64,000 nucleotides of DNA, from contig NW_019217867.1 in the NCBI RefSeq assembly GCF_002571385.2, forward strand, positions 465,108 to 529,107, given 5' to 3'. Source of the DNA: Stylophora pistillata. Lineage: Eukaryota. The notes below the pieces were generated by a model. It was given only the letters and a program-made list of their open reading frames with translations. It made no database searches and had not been told where the DNA came from. Below, piece by piece: positions 12,230-24,200 of the stretch. Positions within the stretch are counted from its first letter, which is position 1; every line of letters begins with the position of its first letter. Made by a program: the position numbers and the translations under genes.

Positions 12230-15200
12230 CTGAAGATTGGAAAAGAAAAACAAATAAATTTAACCTTCTAATCAAAGATGGAAGCGAGAAACTTCGTTTC
12301 AATTCAAAATTCTCCAAAAAATGTTCAATTCAAAATGCTCCAAAAAATGTTCAATTCAAAATGCTCCAAAAAATGTTCAATTCAAAATGCTCCAAAAAAT
12401 GTTCAATTCAAAATGCTCACTGGCGCCTTTATTTTAACCTTACCTTGGGTGTTAGCAAATCTGATGATTACCGACAAGTTATACATGCTCTTGGTTGTTG
12501 CCTCGCTGGATGGTTCTACATCAGCCATCATGGCGTCTTGAAATAAGAAAACTCGTCCAAGAAGGGTTTCCAAGAATTCCTTCTTGAGTATTTCTCGAGT
12601 GTCAGCAAGGGTAGCATCGCTAGGAAACTCGACGAAGCCGATTTTCGTGAAGGGCTTTCTTCCTTCTCCTTCCGCGACTGTGTTGAGGACATTCACGGGA
12701 AGTCTGACAGTGTATGACTCCTCTGTCGTAAAAAAGGATTGACACAGTTTGAAAAAAGAACTATTACAAACATTGTACACGGGCTGAGTTGTTTGGTAGA
12801 AGTTAAAAAAAAATTCTCCGTAGACTGCGTGGAGCAATGTTTACCTTGCCCTTTAACTCGCAGAAGTGATGAAGTTGTAACTTCTGCCCATGATATCCAT
12901 ACATTATCCAGCAAACAGAAAATGAGAATCTGACTCAAACTTATCAGGTAGACGTTGTGTTATCTTGATCTCACACGAAATTCTCGTAACTACTTTACAA
13001 GGAAATGTGAAACAGCTACATGTAGAAGGGACAGTGAACAATCAGAGCTTGGGAATTGAACGGTTAACTGTCGAAAATAATTTTGGATCACATTGTCAAT
13101 CTATTGTTCTTGAGAATTTTTACACCCCGTGAGCCAACTAGAAGCGAAACGAAATGCAAAAGCAGTCGCTGAGTTGTCATATGCTTTTTCCTGCCCTTCA
13201 GACTGTTTGAATCATTGGTAATGAGTTTTCAAAGGAGTTGATATGCATAACCCTGATTATTGCTTCAGTTTTGGTATTCCAACACTCAAGCGAAAAGCGT
13301 CGTCGTCTGTTAACTCTTTGACCCTTAAAAGAGAGTGACTAACATCTACTTTCTCCTTTTAATATCACTCCTGAATCCAACATGAAAGTCATGGGAATTA
13401 AGGAAATGAACACTAACTTAAAGCTCCTGATTGTACAACAAATTCTCCTTGTCAGCACCTTATAAAATGTTTAGAGAACAGTATGGAGAATATGCATACT
13501 GATATATGGATATAAAGGGCGAAATTCTTACGCTTAGGCTAGAAACTAAGAAAATTTCAATTAAACTGAATAACCCACCTTCTACTGTGATGTCATTTCC
13601 GTCGTTACTGTTTCCCGCGTATCCAGGAGGAAGCAAAGTGACGTTCATTTTGGGTGTACTGTGACCGGAAGAGGGGCGGCTAGAATCACGAGATCTTGTT
13701 TGAGCTGCAAAGAATAAGACGGCTCTATAATATTGACGGCTCTATGTAATTGACGGCTCTGTGTTATTGACGGCTCTATGTTATTGACGGCTCTATGTTA
13801 TTGATGGCTTTGTGTTATTGACGGCTCTATGTTATTGACGGCTCTGTGTTATTGACGGCTCTATGTTATTGACGGCTCTGTGTTATTGACGTTATGTTAC
13901 TTTTGGACACCCATTTCAGCAGGCTACAACAACTTACGTGATTCTTGAGCCATCAGCCTCTTGTACAACACAGCTTTCTCAAAAATAAAATGCCTAGAGC
14001 TTTGGTCTTTTAAAGATTTCCTGGTGGGAGTACCCGAGTTAGCCGAAGATGGTGTCCCATTCCTTGTCAACTCTTCGTCTGACGAATCACTGCCAAAGGA
14101 CGAACCATTTTGAGCTTGCAGTCGTAACTTTTGCGGTGATAGTCCTCGTTTTGGTGTTTGCGGGCTTAAATTAATCGGTGATCCTTCAGTTGAGGAGTTC
14201 TCTTGCACCAAGATTTGGCTGTCACTTTTCTGTATCACCGTCTGTCTACCAAGAATCGATGAATCTCTGATGTTGGCGTCGATTGTTAGAGACGAGAGTG
14301 GAAGCCGTGGAGTGCGCCTAACAAGCGCGGGAGAAGTGTTCTCCGACCACGCTTCAAAAGACGCCTGGGACGAGGCAGAATTCACTTTGCGTACCTTCCG
14401 CTTAGAAAAGTTACCTGTTTTCGCTGAGGTGTTTCTTGAAGAGGGCCTCGACGATGGAGGTGTTTCATTGTCCGACGACTCGAAACAGTCATTGGTTAAT
14501 CCGCTGAACAGAATCATCTCGGTATCTCCCATCTTTTGAACCCTCTGCGAGGCTGAATTCGAATCGATCATGTTGATTTTCGATGCGCTTTTCCATGAAT
14601 GTTTGCCTTTTGCTCGTCGAACACGTTTCCTACAGAAGAAGAAGGCCACTCCAGTGATAACACCAAGAACGACGACCCCGCATACAGTGATTACTGCAGC
14701 TGTTGGAAATGTTGATCGGTCTTCCTCTGCATGCAACACCTTATCATTACCGTGATAATCTCGTCCGTCCACGCGCATGACCATTTGAGCTTGATACTCC
14801 GTGTTGTTCACACGCAAAATGTACCCCGACTTGATCATGTCCCATAATGCAACTAGGGTCTTGTCTATCTGGGATCTCTGGGCCGTAATGTCAAAATAAA
14901 CCAGGATGCTGCCTCGTGCGAGTGTCACATTATCAATCTTTGCACGTGAGAATCTTGAAGTTAGGTCTTTTATGATCGTTTTCACAAAGATGTCCTTGTT
15001 TCCTTCGACTTTTGAGAAATCGTTTTGGAAAACAAACATAACGTTTTTCATGACAGGTGGATCAAGACATGTTGATGATGACTCTGAAATGTTGACAGTT
15101 ATCTGAGGCGAGTGTCCACTGCTGACCACCAGGGCAGCGTTTGGCGCCAATTGAACCCTTATTGGCGCAGGGAACATTTGATAACGTGAAAACATAAACA

Positions 15201-18200
15201 GAGGTGTGACCACTGGTTCGGGCCACTGACCACCCTTCGTTACCTGAATCATGGACACGCCTAGGTCTTCCATTTCTACTTGAAACTGTTTAGCCACCAC
15301 TAAAAAGCTCTCGCCTCGATGTTCAGCCTTCACGATACCTCCAAACAACTCGTGCTCATGATTATAAGTGGCTACCAGTTCTCCTGCATTGAATGAGGTG
15401 CTTTCAAGCTGTGCATTCAAGATGTCAGATCCTCCAGCCAACTCGAAGTATAGTTGGGTGTCAGCATTTTTCTCTTTGGTTCCATCTCGAGTGCTCAACT
15501 CAGCTATTAATTCGAACTCGCAGTTTGTAGAGGCATTCTGGTGATCAGGGACGGTCATATGAAAGAGGTTTAAGAATCGCACCATATCCATATTTGCACG
15601 TGCTAACAGGTATGCATCGTTCCGTTCTAGAACTCCATTTAGATTGAAATCCATGACTTGTAGCTGTAAAGAGAAAGTAAAGGGTCCTAAGAGCGAAGAC
15701 CTTTATTAGCTCCCCTAGGGTTAGAGTAAACAGAAAGGAAAAGATATGGCGGGAGTCTTAAAATAGATTTTACGATTGAAGGTGTGGCAAGTGATGGTCT
15801 CTTCCGTCTCATGCCATATTTACGCATCGTTCCTTTCAGTTTGAAGACAGCTTGCCAGCTTGACACGAAATTATTCTTATATCGTGACATCCTGTCGGAC
15901 TTAAAAGTTCCTACAGCATTAAAACAAGATCTCAAGAACTATGACCCTCAGTTTTTTCTATGTACACCAGTGGGCAATAATAACTAAAGTCACAAACTAT
16001 CCAAAATCAAAAATGTAAGGATCAATTACATGGAATGAACGTATTTTCAATTCATGTGCTTACCATTTTAGTGGTTGTTCGCTTTAGCAACATTTGCCCA
16101 AATTCACTATTGAAGTTATTTTCTACTGCTAAGCTGTACGCCAAAGCGAAAGCAGGGTCTTTGATATCAAATACACAGTCTGCGTTGACATCTCCCAGCT
16201 GTGAGCTCTGGCATGGTGTCAGAGTAGGTGAAAAGTCACCTATGTAACCCAAGTTTTGATCCATTAACATGTTTACTGTTGCTTGAATGGTAGGTACACC
16301 GTTTACCAAGGAGTCGTAAACTAGATCAGCAACATGTGAAGTAGCATTATCAGGGTTTGTCAGATCTGCTATGTGTAACTGACCGTAAGTGTAAGAGTAT
16401 GCACGACTCCCCTTCAGGTCGACAAAATGGATTTGACTTTCGTCGAATGAAATCTTTACATCAAACGCAAGAAGTTTTGCCTTTCCTGGATTCACTCGGA
16501 CAGGGATGGTAATTTGCTGGTTAGCTTTTAAAGCTGGTATTGCGGGGCCGTACTTCTGCCCAATATCAACACCTCCCACTGGAGGGACTGTATTGCAATA
16601 AAACTGAGTTATATGTGGCTCAGCTAGACCCTGAAGCGGAGTCACTGTCACGGTTACCAAGTCATAATAATCTGACAACAACGTGACAACGCCAGTCGTG
16701 TTATCAACCAACGCTACATCTTCCTGGCTGCTTTTGAATGCAACAAGTCCCGGAAATGTAGAGAAATTCTGCACCCTAAACATGGAGCTGTCGTTCATGG
16801 CAAAGTCCACTTGTACCTGAGCTTGCGTGGCAAAAGCAGGACCAACAAGAGTTTGATTCCTAAGCCCAGTTATTTCTACAGCTACTATTTCATTGACAGT
16901 TATTACTTCAGTTGAAACTTCAAGCCTTAGCTGACTAGAAGCTCTCCCGGAGAACTTTCCAATAAGACTTATATTCCCACTGATGCTTATTCTCTCTACA
17001 AACAACACGTTCCTCGGGCTGGGACCCACCAAAACTTTAACACCCACGTCATTGCTTACGACACTGAAGGAGGCTGATATCATCTTGGTAACGTTATAGG
17101 TGGAGTTATCCGTTAAAATGAGGTTCAGAACAAGAGCAGCTGACTGGACGTTGCCATGACGATTACCTATGCGCTTTAGCGATTTCAAGGTTACGTTTGA
17201 TCTTTTTGTGGTTGGATAAGGTACAGCTGATAGTTGTAACGAAGAAAACCCAACTACGTTGATTTTTACACGAACATTGTATACGTTGTGAACACGGACA
17301 ATAAGAACGCCATGACCCAGTAATCCCTGGTGGTTTGCTTCAATCACTCTCTTGCCACTAGCCGAGACAACTGAGAACAGTCCACCTGATTCTGACTTGT
17401 CATCAAATGTCAATCTGCTGTCATCGTCAGATAGCTTTTCACGGTTACCTGTTGACAGGAAATACTCGTCAGCTATTTTGTAAACTTTTAATAAAAAAAT
17501 GATTGGTTACATTCACTCTTGTGCGTTTAGCTTGGCGCTTTAACATGAAGAAATATAATGCAGGGTTGTTTTTTTTTTTTTAAATGTTAAGTACATTCCC
17601 TCGGAATATTAAAACGATTTAAGCCGAATCAGTTCTGGGGAAATTTTTGGATAGCAATTAAATAGAGAATGTTGGTTAGTGAGTCAAGCCTTTTATCCTT
17701 GTAGATGGAAATTTTAGTTGAACAATTATGACAACTCGTATTGAAAGGTACACAGTTACAAGCAAAGTTTCTCCATCTGTGTTCTTTTTTCCGATTTAAT
17801 GTCGTCATATCTTACCGTTTTCAAACAGCAACAGCACTGATATCGGACTACTGATTGCAACGCCAACTGCAACAGCTGGGTCCCCTGGGGGACTTATCTT
17901 GTTGATCACATCTTCAATAAGCACATCCACACCTCCACTGTCATTCACATTGGTGAGTCGAACTGTCACCTTAGCAATCGTGGAGAGCCGCTGAGCTGAT
18001 GGAGCGTTGTCGCTTACACGTACAACAAGGGTGTACCTCACGACTGTCTCATAGTCCAGATCCTTGTTGACGATAATCACACCAGTTTTGGAATTGATAT
18101 CAAAATTGTTGTCTTTATTACCAGCTACAATCGAATAACTGAGTTGCCCGTCCATTCCGAAGTCTTTGTCCGTGCCATTTATGTCCCCAACAATGGAACC

Positions 18201-21200
18201 AACAGCAGTATCCTCAGGGAGTTTTACGTAGATACTTGCGGAATGTTGTAACTGTGGTGCAAACTCGTTCACGCTCACTATTTCCAAGCTAACAAGCACC
18301 TCGTTGGTTTGTGGCACCTTACCTTTGTCCAATGCCTTGACTGTAAGGGTGTAAAGAAGATCGGCCACGTGTTGCTGTGCCTCCAGATCAAGGCTTTTTC
18401 TTACTTTTATTATTCCAGTGTTAGAGTCGATTTCAAAGAAGCCAGGAGTGTTACCTGACTTGATTTTGTACACAACTTGGCCATTTGAACCTGATGCAGA
18501 GTCAAAATATTTAGTAAATATATACAATGATTTGTTTATTTTGCCGACAGATTTTAACCCTTCAACTATTTCTTAGAGAGATCAACTCCTTATGATTGTG
18601 TTGACTGCTAAAGAGTAAGATTGTAATATTCTCCTTGCCGAGAAAAAAAACAGGTCCGGAAGTGGCACGTCAACTGATTTTCACAACAGAGGAACAGTAC
18701 GTCGGAAATGCTTATTTATTTTCACAGAATGGTACTTTGCTATGACCTGGTTGCCTTAAGTAGGGAAGACATTTTATTTGAAATCTTCTGACTGAATTTC
18801 ACTTCTCCCATAGTAGTTCAATTTATGAAGTGAGAAAAACTCAGCTGACCCACGCTTTAAGGCTAGCTTAACTTGAAAATTATTCATATACCTGCGTCAG
18901 TATCACTTGCTTGCACTGTGATGACGTCACTGCCCACTTTCACAGTTTCCTTGACAGCGACGTAGTATGAACCTTTGCTGAAAACTGGTCTATTGTCATT
19001 GATATCCCTTAGACTTACATTCACAATCATGACAGACGAACGTTGATCGGCTATCTGAACAGGCCAATCAGAAGCCTTTATTTCCAGTTGGTACTTTGAT
19101 GTTGTCTCTCGATCCAAAGGAGCGTGAATGAATATTTTCCCAGAAGACTCGATCCGAAAACGCCTGTCCTCATTTCCATTTATTATCTGATATCTAATTT
19201 GCAAATATAAAATATTATTCAACAAACGTTTATACGGTGGGGTCCAGTGATCTCCCTACTTCTAAAGACCACTAATTATAAAAAGATCAAGGTATACCGC
19301 TAGGCTCCGAAACATGCGCGGTAAATCGTACTAATATCACACTGACTGAGCCCAGAATGTTTTTAGATCAAGTTTTTCAGGCCAAAGTTGATTCAGTGTT
19401 ATTCCCTTGAAGAATACTTTCAAATTCAACCCAACAAACTCAGGTTTTTTTGTTGTCCATTTACTAAAATCAAACCAGACAAATGGTAGTTCGAATGGAG
19501 GTCATCTGAAAATGACCGTCAGCCAAATTGCTACCACGTAGTATAATTCAAGGATTCAAAAATTACTCTTAACAGGAAAGAAAGATTTAATTATGTCTAC
19601 ATAAATTAAAGTGAGTTCTCAAACAACCTTGCTCCTTTCAATACAATGACAAAACTTACGTTATGAGTCCATCAAGCCCAAAGTCCTTGTCCGTGGCTGT
19701 CACTTGGCATAACAGCGTTCCAACAGCAGTATCTTCTGGAATCTGCAATGAACGGCCAGGGTGAGTGAACTCTGGAGTGAATTCATTAACCTCTTTGACT
19801 TTCAACACGTATGTAGCATTGTTAGACAACTGCGGATTCCCATAATCCTTCGCCTCGACCAAAAGTGTGAAGTTGGGGTAAGGTGCTTGAGCAGACTCCA
19901 GATCGAGGCTCTTTTGTAAAGTCAGGTCTCCAGTGTAAGCGTTTAGACTGAAATAGCCGTCCGAGTTCCCAGATGTGATGACGTAACTCACACGCCCATT
20001 TTCACCTGAGTCGAGATCGGTAGCCAGGAAACTTGTAGCCTTTTCACCTGAAATATGATGCACGGAACGATAGATAAACGGTTTGGAACCAGTGAAAGAG
20101 AAGTGTTAAAAGAGTTGTTTAACGTTTTATGCGGATATAGACAGATGTTAATTTGTGGTCACGAGAGACATGAAACATATCTGAGACCTTGTAAAAGAGA
20201 CATTTACAAATTCACCATACTTTACGTAAGCTAGAGCCTGTTGCTTCGAAAGTCCTGTTCTGTTTTCATTCAAGATCGCGATTTCAAAAGTTTTGAAAAT
20301 GAGATAATAAAACTATCAGCTAAAGAAAAAAAAAGGACTGGTTTGGGTGCCAGAACCTGCTTTCCTATCTTTTAAATTTTGAATTTAAAACATGGCCTCG
20401 GGCGTGTTAAGTTACCGAGACTTTCGAGTAACGGGCCTCTGATCACTAAACTACGAAAAAACTTGAGGAAGATCGACTAGACAATGTATCCATATTTTTA
20501 ACACCCTCAAATGCTGTTTCGACCGGCAGCAATTCGGAAAAAAATGCGAGAGAAAGGAAAAGGAAAAAAGTTACATATCTTTTCCGTGTCCTTTGCCTCA
20601 CCTGAGGAAAGCGTCTCGGGCACCTGAATCAATGTGTAATTGTTTGAAAACAGTGGATGATTATCATTAACATCCTCGACATGGACCTGTAGGTCGAAGT
20701 CAGTGTAACGCGCACCACCAGTGGGGTCACTGTCTGATGCGCGAATGATCAGCCTGTAAAGAGGTGATGTCTCGTAATCCAGAGATGAAGTCAACGTAAC
20801 AACACCAGAAGACCGATCAATTGCAAACTTTCCGTCGCTGTTACCACTGTAGATGAAATAATGAACCATTCCTGCGGAGTGATGAGAACAACCAAGCATA
20901 AATGAAAAATATCGTTCAAATCATTGCGAATAATCCAAGTAAAGTTCTCAGTAACCTTACAAAGTATGACAATGATTTTAAACGTCTTCTGCACAGATGG
21001 TTCAAGGTTCTGACAAAGTAGAAGTAGATCTCAATTAAAAGCCACATTGTCGCCGTTTATTTTTTTATTTTTCGAAGAATTAAAATGGGTCTCTACCTTT
21101 CAGGCTAAAAAAATCTTGACGGACCCATACAGGCTTCCCTTTGAAGCCTTGTGATTGCAACAATTTAATAAAAAATGAACCATTCAGAGTTTCGCTATGG

Positions 21201-24200
21201 CGAGAAATCTTTCAGCGATTTATTTTCCTCTTTTTTTCCAACGTCATAAGTGGCTTTTTACGGTCTGTGCCACAAGGAAAGCGAAGAAATTCCTAATAAA
21301 GGAATAAACAATACTGTTAAAAGCCCCAGTCAAAACAAACCCAGTCCCTTGATACTTCGTTATTACCAGTACTGTTTCTGTACTACCAGTCAGTAAAATG
21401 TTTTTATGTAGACCTTTCCATTTTACCTTGCACTCCGAAATCCTTATCGGTAGCATTCACGTCAAACAACACCAGTCCATTTCCAGGATCGTAATTTTCC
21501 TTTAAGGTAATAGAAGCTGATTGCTCGTGAGTCAGCTGAGGCGAAAACTCATTTGCAGGTGCTATGTTGATTACCACAACGGTGGAGTTACTCAGTGTAG
21601 GTGATCCCAAGTCAGTCACATGCACAGCTTAAAAGTATCAGAACAGAATTGTTTTCTCAGTAAATGAAGAATGAGTACTTCTTGCCTAAACTTTCCTATG
21701 GCACGTCCTAATTCAGATATGTTGCTAATTCAAATTGACTATGTACTAAAAAGCGCTTTTTTTCACATTTGCTCGTGTTTTTCCAAGAAAACTACAAAAC
21801 TACAAATTAAACGCTTTTTTTTACATTTGCTTATGTTTTTCCAAGCTGGTTCAGGGATGATGCAGCTGCTCTAATGAACAGTTTTTCATCACGAAAGCGA
21901 ATAAAGATATTGCTTTACCTAAGCTGTAATTCAGGGATGGTGGAGCTGATCCCTCTAAATCGAGCGATCGTTTAACAAGAATGTCTCCTGTGTCAGCTTT
22001 GATGTCAAAATAACCGTCAACGTTTCCTGATGTGATAGAAAACGTCAACTTGGCATTTGCTCCTGCGTCACGGTCCATTGCGTCCACACCAAGTACGACG
22101 TCATTTAAGTTTGCGGTTTCGTTTACTCGAGATGCATATCCATTTTTGGTAAACCACGGGGCGTTATCATTAAGGTCACCAATATGAACTACAACAAGGT
22201 TTAAGGAGTAACGAACTTTCTCCTCAACAGCTCCGTCGTAAGCCTTCACATTCAGGTTATAAACTGCATTTTTTTCGCGGTCTAATTTACGCGCAGTAGT
22301 AATAACACCAGAGGTCCTGTTAATATGGAAGCTGTTGTCGATGTTTCCCGCATGGAGGGTATAGTAGACATCACCCTGACTTCCAATGTCATTGTCTGTG
22401 GCATGGATAGCCATGACATAGGAGCCAATGACTGTTCCCTCATCAATATGAACTGTGCGGTTCCCTGGAGTGAACACTGGAGAATAGTCATTGACGTAAT
22501 GGACCTAAGAGAGAGGAAATAGATAGAAGTTGTATGATGAGACAGGTTCGCAGAAAGCTGAGAGGGTTAAGAGAAGGTAAACAGTTTGGTGGCTCGATGG
22601 ATAGGTAGGAAGGTAAGTAGGGAAGAAGGTAGTTTGGGATAGTGGGAATATATTTGATAACTAAAGGTAACTAGATACCATTGCGAACTTTAGGGAAGTG
22701 GTTTGTTTAGTATGTAAGTAAAGGGGCTGTTTTACACACAGGTATAATGAACTTGAGAGAATACCGAGGGCAGAACAACGCCTTCAATCACGATTCATTG
22801 ATAACCTAATTAAACTGGCTCACCTCAAAAGCGGCTGATAGGACAACATGTCCATAGCTCGATTCAAACTTCAATACATAACCAAGGCCGTACAAAGTTA
22901 CGAGGAGATCATTAAACACAGCTCGCTCCTCAACTACTGAAATATTAAATGTCCCATTCAAAAAAGACCCTCCAGGCTGGGGGTTGGCATATAATGACAC
23001 AGTAATCCACCATGGGGTCTTCAAAGGTGCAGCCTTTCTACCTGTCCCCAAATCTCGAACTTCCACCACTGGCTGAGTACCAAATGGTACAGATTGATTT
23101 GCACGAGCTACTTGTGAGACGATCTCCAGATAAAACTCCCTTGGTTTTACGTCAAATGAATCAGACATGGCCAACATTCCGGAGTATGCTTGTGAGTAAG
23201 GACTGACCGACACGTTGAATTTCATTCGATAATCGGTAGCCGCATCGTAAAAACTAAAGTTTGAAAACTCTATGCGCCCTGAAACTGGTATTTGGAATTT
23301 CCTTTGGCCGAGTAGCACCTGGTTTCCAGCTCCTTCTTCCATTGAAGCTAGAATCGTCCACTTTCGACGGCGCCAACCCAGATTTCCAACCAACATGTTA
23401 GTGGCAGTGTCTCGGATCTCGAGCACAGGTTGGTGGCCGCATGGGACGGTATCATTGCAGTCTCCTGAAAAAAAGACAATACAAGTAGGTTTTTAGCTTA
23501 TAGAGATTACATTTTGAATAGTTTACTTCCGAGAGTAAGTCATTTGACCATTCTCCATTAGACGGCCGCAAAACTGCAAAGATTCTTCAAAGTTGAAACT
23601 TTGTCTATTTCAGTGACACCATAGCGTAAATGCGTAAATGTAAACTTGGAAAACGTATAAAAATTTGCGTTTCATACTTTGAAAGGACGAGCCTTTCAAC
23701 CGTACTAGAAATGAATCACTAAAAGATCCTACTCTTACCTGGCTGCTGAGTAATAACCAGGTCTAAGACCCTTTCTTTCACGTTAAAAGGAGTGGTGTTA
23801 GTTGAGAACTGGTAACGTGATGATGGAACTGTGAAAGCTTTGATTATAAGAATGTAGTTATTGTCCTTATGGTCGATAGCGAGATCACGAAATGACGCAA
23901 CACCGCCAGAAAACTCTACACTGGACGATCCATTCAGGTTTCCTGGAGGTGGAATTAAACAAAATCGACAAATATTAGTCGATCGAATTGAAAACATAAG
24001 TCTCGTTCTTGCATTTAGCATTCATTCTCCTTTGATCATGATATCATTTACAGTCTAGATTAAGAAACTGTGTCTATGCCTCTTTAAGAAATGAGAATGG
24101 AAAACTATACTTATTTAACACAGGATATTTGATTTCTAAAAGATCAGTTAAATCGAGAGCAGACAACACCTTGCATGATATGGGCAGAAGGTATTGGGCA

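Noticed and set aside
13924-17413. Bacterial contamination or recent HGT (long ORFs with cohesin/dockerin/BIG domains)
   Set aside because: Both ORFs are bounded by canonical splice sites in phase with cadherin exons, an intron splits the dockerin, and composition matches neighbouring exons.
17816-22504. Separate Fat/Dachsous/classical cadherin gene
   Set aside because: There is no signal-peptide exon, no LamG/EGF membrane-proximal region and no catenin-binding tail. The first EC linker is completed only by splicing to the upstream fibrocystin-like exon.
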